A DNA stretch of 64,000 nucleotides from Bacteroidales bacterium (GTDB lineage: Bacteria; Bacteroidota; Bacteroidia; Bacteroidales; UBA932): assembly GCA_017443845.1 (NCBI GenBank), contig JAFSXX010000048.1, positions 5,823 through 69,822 on the forward strand, written 5' to 3'. Of the stretch, positions 1-7,527 are shown one piece after another (the first letter of the stretch is position 1; each line of letters begins with the position of its first letter). The translations under genes were made by a program, and so were the position numbers. Under the pieces are notes generated by a model that made no database searches, was not told the origin of the DNA, and saw only the letters and a list, made by a program, of their open reading frames with translations.

Positions 1-1
1 C

Positions 2-1828
2 GCAGAGGGCGCTATCTCGGAGGTGACCGAGGTCCGTCTGAAAGATGCCGAAGACTGGGAGGTCGCGGTCTCCTTCTCGGGATGCGTCTATTCGGCATAC
101 TGGGATGAGGAGGAGGGAGGAGTCTGCTACAGCGTGGCGGAGAACAAGACGGCGCAGGAGCGCACCGGTTCCATTACCGTCACCCTCTCCAAGAGCGGAA
201 ACAGCGACATAGTCAAGCAGATCGCGGTGGTGCAGGAGGCCGGCAGCGTGACTCCGCCGCCCGTGGACAACTCCTGGCGGAAGGTCACCTCTTCGGCCGA
301 CCTTGTAGCCGGGGATGATTATGTGATAGCATATCCCAGTGACAGGGTAGTCGCTACCGATATATCCGGCTCGATAATGGGTTATGCCGACGCCACCTTC
401 TCGGACGATCTTTCAACCATAACGACGCTTCCCTCCTCGGCGGTTATCCTTACCCTCGGAGGTTCGGCCGGAGCCTGGACCTTCACTGGGCCTTCGGACA
501 AACTCCTGGGCTGCACGGCAGTCAAGAAGCTGGCCTGGGGAAGCGGCACCACTACCTGGAAGATATCCGTCTCTTCGAGCGCCACGACTATCGAGAGTAC
601 CAATTCCAGCTACGGCGACCTGCAGTACAATTCCTCGTCGCCCCGTTTCACCACTTACACCTCCACGCAGAAACCGGTGGTGCTCTATCACCGTGGCGGC
701 AATGCGGGATCGGCATCGTATGTTACCACGAATCCCGTAGCCTCGGATGTGACCTCATCTTCGGCCAGGATTTCCGCCACATATTACTGCAAGGATTCAG
801 CTCCCTCCTCGGCTGGATTCCGTTATGGCATGGATGCCTCTACGCTCAACCAGACGGCCACGGTCCAGGTCTCGGGCAAGAGCGGGTCGTTCTACGCCGA
901 CCTCGGCGGGCTGTACTCTTCGACCACATATTACTACCAGGCATACACCGTGGAGGACGGAGTGACCATCGCAGGCAGCGTCCAGAGTTTCACGACCAGC
1001 GCCGAAGGCGGCACCCCTTCCACCGGAGGGGCCGATTACGGCTGGCCGGAACTGCCCGCGCAGACCGACAGGAACCGCGACGGCATCGACGACAACAACC
1101 GCGACTACTACTATTCGCATACATTCAGGGCCGACGCATCGACGATCCGCAACTTCTCGAGCTGCTATTCCAAGAGCAAGATCCATCCCGTCTGGGTGGC
1201 TGCGCCTATGCACAGCTCCTATCTGGGAGGCTCCGGAAGGAATGATTCATACAAGGCCGATCCCAATATCAAGTGTACGCAGAGCCCCAAGTTCGACGGT
1301 TATACCCGCGGCCACATGATCGGATCCTCCGACCGCACGGTTTCGGTAGCGACCAACAGGCAGGCCTTCTATTATTCGAATATCGGCGCCCAGACCAGTA
1401 CTGGATTCAATACCGGAGGCGGAGCCTGGAACAACCTCGAGGATCTCGTGGACGGCTATCTCTGCGCGGATACCCTCTATCAGGTGGTGGGCTGCATATT
1501 CGATACCTTCACCGACCGATACGGAAAGACCGTTTCCGCCAAGACCGGCACCAACAGCGTGGGCACTTTCCAGGTTCCCACCGCCTGGTACAAGGTCGTG
1601 CTCCGTACCAAGAGTGGCAATACCGGCAAGGATGTCCGCAACTGCAGCGCTTCGGAACTCAAGTGCGTGGCATTCATCCTCGGGCACTACAGCAATCATC
1701 AGCACCAGCCCTCGGCCAAGGATATGTACTCGGTAGAGTATCTCGAGAGTCTCACCGGCCTGACATTCTTCGTGAATGTCCCCAATGCCCCGAAGGATAC
1801 TTTCGTAGCTTCGGAATGGGGGCTCTGA
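2..1828 (+). CDS. Secreted DNA/RNA non-specific endonuclease (Endonuclease_NS family) with N-terminal BACON/Ig-like region; 5' end truncated by window edge
   Basis: The reading frame is open from nt 2, with no stop upstream of the listed GTG at 23. The C-terminal half carries RGHMIGSSDR (RGH catalytic motif) and YYSNIGAQT (N..Q metal-site-like), as in Serratia/NucA-type nucleases. The N-terminal GSITVTLSK...IAVVQEAG is BACON-like. Confidence 0.7.
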   Translation, partial: AEGAISEVTEVRLKDAEDWEVAVSFSGCVYSAYWDEEEGGVCYSVAENKTAQERTGSITVTLSKSGNSDIVKQIAVVQEAGSVTPPPVDNSWRKVTSSADLVAGDDYVIAYPSDRVVATDISGSIMGYADATFSDDLSTITTLPSSAVILTLGGSAGAWTFTGPSDKLLGCTAVKKLAWGSGTTTWKISVSSSATTIESTNSSYGDLQYNSSSPRFTTYTSTQKPVVLYHRGGNAGSASYVTTNPVASDVTSSSARISATYYCKDSAPSSAGFRYGMDASTLNQTATVQVSGKSGSFYADLGGLYSSTTYYYQAYTVEDGVTIAGSVQSFTTSAEGGTPSTGGADYGWPELPAQTDRNRDGIDDNNRDYYYSHTFRADASTIRNFSSCYSKSKIHPVWVAAPMHSSYLGGSGRNDSYKADPNIKCTQSPKFDGYTRGHMIGSSDRTVSVATNRQAFYYSNIGAQTSTGFNTGGGAWNNLEDLVDGYLCADTLYQVVGCIFDTFTDRYGKTVSAKTGTNSVGTFQVPTAWYKVVLRTKSGNTGKDVRNCSASELKCVAFILGHYSNHQHQPSAKDMYSVEYLESLTGLTFFVNVPNAPKDTFVASEWGL

Positions 1829-1842
1829 TGCCTTTTGACTGA

Positions 1843-1878
1843 CAATTTGTCGCGTCGGGGAGATTGGCAGATTATTTG
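1843..1878 (+). promoter_or_regulatory. Putative grpE-dnaJ promoter/operator: CAATTTGTCGC-N11-TGGCA-N5-TTTG
   Basis: TTTG at 1846-1849 and TTTG at 1875-1878 have Bacteroidetes -33/-7-like spacing. The same composite motif occurs at the same spacing upstream of htpG. It overlaps the imperfect inverted repeat GGAGATTGGCA/TGCCATTCTCC (1859-1887). Confidence 0.45.
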
Positions 1879-1920
1879 CCATTCTCCCTGCGTGTTTTAT
1901 GAATATAATTATATCAAGAT

Positions 1921-2532
1921 ATGGACGAAGTAAAAGATAACAAGGATGTAAACGCTCAGGAGGCGGCTGCGAAGGCTGCCGCCGAGGAGCCTGAAACGGC
2001 TCAGGAGGCTCCCGCTGAGGGAGATGGACAGAAAAAGGAGAGCCGCGCGGAGCGCAAGGCGCGCAAGCATGCGGCAGAGGAGGAGGTTGAGAAACTCCGC
2101 CAGCAGTTGGGCGAGACGAATGACAAATATATCCGCCTGATGGCAGAGTTTGACAATTACCGCCGCCGCACTGCCAAGGAGCGGCTCGAGCTTATCGATA
2201 CGGCGGGGAAGGGGATCCTCGAAGGGTTCCTGCCCGTGGTAGATGATTGCGAGAGGGCCCTGGAGATGCTCCGCAAGTCGGAGGCGGGGGAGGCCGCTAT
2301 CGAGGGTACCGAGCTTATCTACAATAAGCTTGTGGCTTACCTCAAATCCAAGGGGCTCAATAAGATGGAGAATGTCATCGGATCCGATTTCGATACCGAT
2401 TTCCACGAGGCCGTGGCGCAGTTCCCGGCTCAGGATCCGGCGATGAAGAATAAAGTGATAGATGTCGTGCAGCAGGGTTATATGCTCGGCGACAAGGTCG
2501 TCCGCTTCGCGAAAGTGGTGGTCGGCATTTAA
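1921..2532 (+). CDS. grpE: Nucleotide exchange factor GrpE
   Basis: 203 aa with an acidic/Lys-rich N-terminus followed by the typical GrpE core (YIRLMAEFDNYRRRTAKE...VVQQGYMLGDKVVRFAKVVV). It lies directly upstream of dnaJ. Confidence 0.95.
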   Translation: MDEVKDNKDVNAQEAAAKAAAEEPETAQEAPAEGDGQKKESRAERKARKHAAEEEVEKLRQQLGETNDKYIRLMAEFDNYRRRTAKERLELIDTAGKGILEGFLPVVDDCERALEMLRKSEAGEAAIEGTELIYNKLVAYLKSKGLNKMENVIGSDFDTDFHEAVAQFPAQDPAMKNKVIDVVQQGYMLGDKVVRFAKVVVGI

Positions 2533-2544
2533 TGCGATTTGACA

Positions 2545-3714
2545 ATGGCTGAGAAAAGAGATTATTACGAAGTCCTCGGCGTGGACCGCAATGCCACTGC
2601 CGACGAGATAAAGAAGGCTTACCGAAAGAAGGCCATCCAGTATCACCCCGATAAGAATCCGGGTGACAAGGAGGCTGAGGAGAAGTTCAAGGAGGCTGCC
2701 GAGGCTTACGATGTGCTCAGCGATCCCCAGAAGAAGGCCCGTTACGATCAGTTCGGCCACGCCGGTATGGAGGGGCAGGGCGGCTTCAGCGGCGGCGGCT
2801 TCTCGATGGAGGATATTTTCTCGCAGTTCGGAGATATTTTCGGAAGCGCGTTCGGCGGCGGTTTCGGAGGATTCAGCGGCTTCAGCGGGTTTGGCGGAGG
2901 CCAGTCTTCGTCGCGCCGCGTTCAGCGCGGAAGTGATATCCGGATCCGTGTCAAGCTCAATCTCAAGGAGATTGCGCACGGGGTGGAGAAGAAGGTCAAG
3001 ATCAACAAGACCGTTGCCTGCCCGGATTGCCACGGCCGCGGCGCCGCTTCGGAGGCGGATATCAAGACTTGCGATAATTGCCACGGTTCAGGTATGGTGA
3101 CGCGTGTGACGCAGACTATCCTGGGCCAGATGCAGACTTCGTCGCCCTGTCCGCACTGCGGCGGTACCGGCAAGAAGATTACGAATCCCTGCAAGAGGTG
3201 TAACGGAAGCGGACTGGTCAAGAGTTCGGAGGAGATTTCGTTCAAGATTCCGGCAGGTGTGGCGGAGGGTATGCAGCTTACCGTGCAGGGTAAGGGCAAT
3301 GCGGCGCCCAATGGCGGCGTGAACGGCAATTTGCTGGTGGTGATCGAGGAGGAGAAGGATGCCAATCTGGTGCGCGAGGAGAATGACCTTATCTATACCT
3401 TATATATATCTATGCCGGATGCTATCCTGGGTTGTGAGGCTGAGGTGCCCGGGATGGACGGCAAGTTGAAGATTAAGATCGAGCCCGGTACGCAGCCTGG
3501 TAAGTTGCTCCGTCTGCGCGGCAAGGGTCTTCCGGATGTGAACGGATACGGTACCGGTGATTTGCTGGTGTTCGTGCAGGTCTGGATGCCTAAGAAGGTA
3601 TCGCGTGAGGAGAAGGAGATGCTTCAGAAGATGGCTGGCAGTGAGTCGTTCAAGCCGGATCCCGATAAGGATGACAGGAGTCTCTTCGACCGGGTCCGCA
3701 AGATGTTTAACTGA
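2545..3714 (+). CDS. dnaJ: Molecular chaperone DnaJ
   Basis: J-domain (DYYEVLGV...YHPDKNPGD), a G/F-rich linker and four CxxCxGxG zinc-finger repeats. The ATG at 2545 is preferred over the TTG at 2539 listed in the ORF track. Confidence 0.96.
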   Translation: MAEKRDYYEVLGVDRNATADEIKKAYRKKAIQYHPDKNPGDKEAEEKFKEAAEAYDVLSDPQKKARYDQFGHAGMEGQGGFSGGGFSMEDIFSQFGDIFGSAFGGGFGGFSGFSGFGGGQSSSRRVQRGSDIRIRVKLNLKEIAHGVEKKVKINKTVACPDCHGRGAASEADIKTCDNCHGSGMVTRVTQTILGQMQTSSPCPHCGGTGKKITNPCKRCNGSGLVKSSEEISFKIPAGVAEGMQLTVQGKGNAAPNGGVNGNLLVVIEEEKDANLVREENDLIYTLYISMPDAILGCEAEVPGMDGKLKIKIEPGTQPGKLLRLRGKGLPDVNGYGTGDLLVFVQVWMPKKVSREEKEMLQKMAGSESFKPDPDKDDRSLFDRVRKMFN

Positions 3715-3718
3715 TACC

Positions 3719-3895
3719 GTTGGCTTCGTCGGGCCAGCCGCCTGCCCTTGTCGGGCCGTCCGCCGGCTTCTTCGGCAGGAATATCGGCCCTTCTTCGGGC
3801 TCCGGTTTTGCTCCTTCGGGCCGGAAAAAGGCCCTTCAGGAGCAAAAGCCGCCCGCCCTTCGTCGGGCCGTTCACTGAGCTTGTCGGAAGGGCTT
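3719..3895. repeat. GC-rich structured intergenic element with three CTT(C)GTCGGGCC direct copies and a central long hairpin
   Basis: Direct copies lie at 3724-3735, 3747-3757 and 3858-3869. An imperfect hairpin is formed by 3804-3822 and 3830-3850. There is no credible coding frame. Confidence 0.5.
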
Positions 3896-3950
3896 GAAAT
3901 GGCGAGAATGTAACGAGGGTGTTATAAATCGCAAAAAAAGTTGAAATATT

Positions 3951-3981
3951 TTTGCACGATTCAAAAATGTTCGTACTTTTG
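3951..3981 (+). promoter_or_regulatory. Bacteroidetes-type promoter for rplS (-33 TTTG, -7 TACTTTTG)
   Basis: TTTG at 3951-3954 and TAnnTTTG match at 3974-3981 with a 19-nt spacer, about 65 nt upstream of the rplS ATG. Confidence 0.6.
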
Positions 3982-4046
3982 CAGTCCCAAAAAACGAAAG
4001 CAACCTCTGGCGTCCACGGTTTACCGCCGCTTACGTTGCATAAAAA

Positions 4047-4424
4047 ATGAAGATTATGGATTTAATGAAGATTGCACAGGAAGCGTGCGCACAGGATGTA
4101 AAGGCTCTTCCTGAATTCAAGGCAGGTGACACTGTTACCGTGACCTATAAGATTAAGGAGGAGAACAAGGAGCGTCTCCAGAAGTTCCGCGGTATCGTTA
4201 TCCAGAAGCGCGGCGCTGGCGCAACCAAGACCTTCACCGTCCGCAAGATGTCGAACGGAATCGGTGTCGAGAGGATTTTCCCTATGAATTCTCCTTTCAT
4301 CGAGTCTGTCGAAGTCAACAAGGTTGGTAAAGTCCGCAGGGCACGTATCTTCTACCTCCGCGACCTCACCGGCAAGAAGGCACGCATCAAAGAGAAGAAG
4401 TATTCTGCAGCAAAGGCAGAATAA
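4047..4424 (+). CDS. rplS: 50S ribosomal protein L19
   Basis: [52 protein letters not shown] is a canonical L19 sequence. The start could instead be the in-frame ATG at 4056. Confidence 0.95.
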   Translation: MKIMDLMKIAQEACAQDVKALPEFKAGDTVTVTYKIKEENKERLQKFRGIVIQKRGAGATKTFTVRKMSNGIGVERIFPMNSPFIESVEVNKVGKVRRARIFYLRDLTGKKARIKEKKYSAAKAE

Positions 4425-4431
4425 CTATACT

Positions 4432-4508
4432 GGCTCCTTAGCTCAACTGAATAGAGCATCTGACTACGGATCAGAAGGTTACAGGTTTGAATCCTGTAGG
4501 AGTCACCA
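4432..4508 (+). tRNA. tRNA-Arg (anticodon ACG), CCA encoded
   Basis: Hand-folded cloverleaf. Acceptor GGCTCCT/AGGAGTC, D arm GCTC/GAGC, anticodon stem TCTGA/TCAGA with loop CTACGGA, T arm ACAGG-TTTGAAT-CCTGT, discriminator A plus CCA. Confidence 0.9.
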
Positions 4509-4532
4509 GTGCAGAGCGCACCAAAACGAAGG

Positions 4533-4562
4533 GAACGGCGATGAAATCGCCGTTCTTTTTTA
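4533..4562 (+). terminator. Rho-independent terminator after rplS-tRNA-Arg
   Basis: Stem GAACGGCGA/TCGCCGTTC with loop TGAAA, followed by a T7 tract. Confidence 0.8.
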
Positions 4563-4617
4563 TGTACTTTCGCCGCCTGGAAAGCTAGCTTTCCGAGCGG
4601 CGAAAGTACATAAAAAA
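4556..4617. repeat. 62-bp near-perfect palindrome (T-run/A-run flanked), possible bidirectional terminator
   Basis: TTTTTTATGTACTTTCGCCG (4556-4575) is the exact reverse complement of 4598-4617. The inner GGAAAGCT/AGCTTTCC segment is also palindromic. Confidence 0.8.
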
Positions 4618-4697
4618 GCATGGCAGGCGCCTTGGCGCCTGCCGTGCCCTTCGTGCTCCCCGGACGCTATGCCGTGACGAGGCCCAGGAATGCGCAG

Positions 4698-4730
4698 GCT
4701 TGATGCATTTCTTCTGGAAATGCATCAAGC
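4698..4730. repeat. Perfect 14-bp stem hairpin
   Basis: GCTTGATGCATTTC-ttctg-GAAATGCATCAAGC. It is preceded by another hairpin, GGCAGGCGC/GCGCCTGCC, at 4622-4643. Confidence 0.75.
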
Positions 4731-4789
4731 CGAGCACAATCCTGCAAAGCCCATGCGATTCACCTATCCGAGCACAATCCTGCAAAGCC
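4730..4789. repeat. Exact 22-bp direct repeat, two copies, 38-bp period
   Basis: CCGAGCACAATCCTGCAAAGCC occurs at 4730-4751 and 4768-4789. Each copy is followed by GA(T/A)TCACCT. Confidence 0.85.
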
Positions 4790-4796
4790 GGGAGAA

Positions 4797-5207
4797 TCAC
4801 CTCGCAATAAGATTCAGCGACAAAAGTTCTTTCCCGCAGTTGTGGAGTGCGGACTCTATCTTTTGCACTTGATTCTCGGAAATATAAGTTCCTCCTGCTT
4901 TATACTGACGGAGAAGGGAGGCGTTGATTCCGGCTCTCCTGGCGAATTTGCTGACGTTGATATAATCGAAATAGTCAAATAGCGAGGCGACATCATATTT
5001 GAATTCAAATTCGATGTTGACCAATTCTTCCGGAAGCGGCTCTCCCGATTCGGAATAAGCTTCTACTATCTCTTTGAAGGTGTTTTCAAAATCTGCCTTA
5101 GCTTCTAATACGGAACTGCCGTTCCCGATAATAGTGCTCTCCAGATCCGGAGTGAAAACCCCGAAAGACCCGTCAGAACCTTTTTTAATCAGTGCAATCG
5201 TTTTCAT
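4797..5207 (-). CDS. HicB-like antitoxin family protein with C-terminal HTH (no adjacent HicA seen)
   Basis: MKTIALIKKGSDGSFGVFTPDL... is typical of the Bacteroidales HicB/UPF0150-like family. The C-terminal INVSKFARRAGINASLLRQYKAG is HTH-like. The ATG at 5207 is chosen because the 35-aa upstream extension in the ORF track runs through AT-rich operator DNA. Confidence 0.6.
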   Translation of the reverse strand: MKTIALIKKGSDGSFGVFTPDLESTIIGNGSSVLEAKADFENTFKEIVEAYSESGEPLPEELVNIEFEFKYDVASLFDYFDYINVSKFARRAGINASLLRQYKAGGTYISENQVQKIESALHNCGKELLSLNLIAR

Positions 5208-5221
5208 TTCACGCTGAAAAT

Positions 5222-5254
5222 TATATAGCAAATATATAGCAAAATTGCTATATA
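5222..5254. promoter_or_regulatory. Candidate operator: TATATAGCAAA x2 direct plus 10-bp-arm palindrome TATATAGCAA-aa-TTGCTATATA
   Basis: Located 15-47 nt upstream of the hicB-like start. A second repeat/palindrome, TTATAAACG x2 and ATAAACGTTTAT, lies at 5313-5336. Confidence 0.5.
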
Positions 5255-5450
5255 TGCAATAGATATCCACAAATATACTGAGTGCTTTGAGGCGAAGGAA
5301 TACTCGAAACATTTATAAACGCTTATAAACGTTTATCATCGGCTTTTGAGAATAGCTGATATTACTATATGATAATAAGACTCAGCGTCAGACGTAATTA
5401 GTCAGCCGAAAATGATTATATTTGCATCAAACGCTAAACAATCAACTGTT

Positions 5451-5693
5451 ATGAATCAGGCGAATGATAAGATGGATCTGGTGAAGGTAGCGGAATTCAA
5501 CGATCCTTTGATGGCGCATATAGTCGAGCAGATGCTCATAGCCAATGGCATTGAGGCAACGGTGGTGGGCGATGTCTCGCCGTACCCTGCACTCAATGTC
5601 ATCGACCTTGTCAAGGTGATGGTGCTCGAAAAAGACCTCGAGGCTGCGAAGGCGCTGATAGCGTCCGACCAGTCCGACAATAGGGCTGAGTAG
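5451..5693 (+). CDS. DUF2007-like small protein (putative signal-transducing protein fold)
   Basis: LVKVAEFNDPLMAHIVEQMLIANGIEA...LEKDLEAAKALI fits the DUF2007 pattern. A TATATTTG -7 box at 5417-5424 lies inside the longer ORF (5412), which favours the ATG at 5451 or 5472. Confidence 0.5.
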   Translation: MNQANDKMDLVKVAEFNDPLMAHIVEQMLIANGIEATVVGDVSPYPALNVIDLVKVMVLEKDLEAAKALIASDQSDNRAE

Positions 5694-5701
5694 CAGTAAT
5701 T

Positions 5702-5785
5702 CCATCCATAAATCCGAGCGATTTTATGGACGGGACGCTCTATTTCGTGCTCCCATCCATAAAATGCGGCGTTTTTATGGACGGG
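5702..5785. repeat. Two tandem copies of a CCATCCATAAA...TTTATGGACGG hairpin between convergent genes
   Basis: Copy 1 is 5702-5733 and copy 2 is 5752-5785. They are probably terminators for the DUF2007 gene (+) and the lipoprotein gene (-). Confidence 0.6.
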
Positions 5786-5866
5786 CGCTGACCTCCGGCC
5801 TGCCACACGACCAGCCAACCGGCCAACCGCCCACACGCCCGGCCGGCCAACCGGGCTTCCTAAATC

Positions 5867-7249
5867 TCAATTGCACACCGGCCGTACCGGGTATCCAAAC
5901 TGCTGGTTATAATTCATTCTCCAGACAGATTCCACAGTCGGAATGTCAGACTTACAATAGATTGAAGTGAAAAGATTCGTATTGCTTTTGGTCGAAGACA
6001 AGTACGAGAATATTCCTGATTCGATTTGGGTACCGTTATAATAACCGACCCTTGGAATGAAAATGCTATTGGATGTAGTCTTGCTGGTGAACAGGATGCC
6101 GTCTACTCCGCTGTCATTGTAATTGGCCTTGAACTCCATATTGCAGCCATCCCTTAGGGCCAACCACTCCTCATCGGTAGGCAGCCTCCAGGTTCCGCCC
6201 ATATTCTCTCGCGCGGCATCGTGTCCGCTGTCAGGATCGATATTTTCATAATTCGGATAGAGCTGCGAGGAAGCATTGAAATTCGATTTTGTGTAAATCT
6301 CGGCGTAAGAGAAATAGTATCCTGCATCATAGTCGTTTGCGGCTCCGACGTTGTAATTGGACCAATACACCTTCTTGCCGTTTACGGTAATTCCCATATC
6401 AACCCTGTTGGTGACCGTGGATGCGGGGGCGGTAGTTATGGCAATGGCATCATGGCTGTTCATAGTCTTCCCGTTGAACGTCCACCTCTCTATGCTCTCC
6501 GTTCCGTAATAATGATATAAGGTGTAATTCTTCTTAACTCCTAGGACGCTTGTGGCGAGATGGCCGGTGAATACGACATCGTTTCCGTACTGGTAGCCCT
6601 TCATTGGCAGGAAGCTGCTCTTCAGTTTGCTTTTTAACGCACCTCTCTGAGCCATGCCGGTCAGTGCCCGGGGCTGGACATACCTTACGGCGAGACGGCT
6701 CCTCGACTTCAACGTTGTGTTCTTGAAGCAAAACTGCACCATTCCTTCGGGATTGATCATATTCAGGGTGCCGAATACCGATCCGGAGGAGTAGGTGTAT
6801 CGCGAGTTCAAAGCATACATAAAATAACTGAAAACAGGCCTGCCGTCCGGTCCGGTGAAACTGTATGTGGTGTCGGTATCAGCCTTTACGGTGATATCCT
6901 CGAAAGGAAAGTAAACGGCTGTCATCGTGGATGTGTCGCCTCCGGCAGCAAAGTCGGAGAGGCTCAGTCCGCCCACATAGCTCGTTGTCCAAGTACCGTT
7001 TGAACTGTAAGTGAATCTCATAAATTTAGGCTTTGCGCCTGCCGCAACGCGGACGTTGTTGAAGAAGACCATCACCTGGTCGCCGCTCTCCCATCCCGTC
7101 TTGACGGCGCGGGTGCCTTCTTCGGTTTCGGGATAATTGATGTCGATCTTGAAATCGATATCTTCGATGCTCTCGACTGCTGGAACGGGCTCCTTGGTGC
7201 AGGAGAATGTCAATGCCAGTGCTATCAATGCGAATAAAATCTTTTTCAT
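5867..7249 (-). CDS. Lipoprotein with fimbrillin-like N-terminal region and C-terminal FISUMP (Fibrobacter succinogenes major paralogous) domain
   Basis: The lipobox signal MKKILFALIALALTFSC sets the start at 7249. C-terminal WRLPTDEEWLAL...GYPVRPV is characteristic of FISUMP. An AAGGAGG sequence lies 8-14 nt upstream of the ATG. Confidence 0.7.
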   Translation of the reverse strand: MKKILFALIALALTFSCTKEPVPAVESIEDIDFKIDINYPETEEGTRAVKTGWESGDQVMVFFNNVRVAAGAKPKFMRFTYSSNGTWTTSYVGGLSLSDFAAGGDTSTMTAVYFPFEDITVKADTDTTYSFTGPDGRPVFSYFMYALNSRYTYSSGSVFGTLNMINPEGMVQFCFKNTTLKSRSRLAVRYVQPRALTGMAQRGALKSKLKSSFLPMKGYQYGNDVVFTGHLATSVLGVKKNYTLYHYYGTESIERWTFNGKTMNSHDAIAITTAPASTVTNRVDMGITVNGKKVYWSNYNVGAANDYDAGYYFSYAEIYTKSNFNASSQLYPNYENIDPDSGHDAARENMGGTWRLPTDEEWLALRDGCNMEFKANYNDSGVDGILFTSKTTSNSIFIPRVGYYNGTQIESGIFSYLSSTKSNTNLFTSIYCKSDIPTVESVWRMNYNQQFGYPVRPVCN

Positions 7250-7265
7250 CGTAATATCCTCCTTA

Positions 7266-7400
7266 TTACCAGTTAGTTTCGTTATTGAACGGGGGATTGA
7301 AGCCCGGTCGGGTGCTTTCCGCAAGAGCTCCTTCGGGAACGATTATAAAAGTCTCTGAATCAGGGGTTTGGTACTCCTTTTTATAATAGATTTCTTTCAT
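7266..7400 (-). CDS. Unannotated 44-aa sORF: MKEIYYKKEYQTPDSETFIIVPEGALAESTRPGFNPPFNNETNW
   Basis: Hand-translated ATG..TAA frame ending 16 nt before the lipoprotein ATG. It shows a weak ordered similarity to the sORF at 14251-14397. Confidence 0.3.
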   Translation of the reverse strand: MKEIYYKKEYQTPDSETFIIVPEGALAESTRPGFNPPFNNETNW

Positions 7401-7453
7401 AGATTAAGAATTGGTTTCAATAAATAATCAGTAAAGGTATATATAGTGACAAT

Positions 7454-7489
7454 GAAAAAGAAGCGGCAGCCCGAAAAAATGGCTGCCGC
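7454..7489 (-). terminator. Rho-independent terminator of the Cache-SpoIIE gene
   Basis: On the minus strand, GCGGCAGCC-attttttcg-GGCTGCCGC is followed by CTTTTTC. Confidence 0.7.
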
Positions 7490-7527
7490 ACCCTCAAATT
7501 AATTAAAAATAACTAATGCATTCAGGG

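Noticed and set aside
4730-4789. 22-bp direct repeats as a CRISPR array
   Set aside because: There are only two copies, the spacer is only 16 bp, no further repeats exist and no cas genes are in the window.
4585-4800. 71-aa ORF (GTG start overlapping the hicB-like stop) as a possible missing HicA toxin
   Set aside because: Its translation runs straight through the hairpin and palindrome repeats. It is Arg-rich with no HicA-like dsRBD pattern, so it is most likely non-coding.
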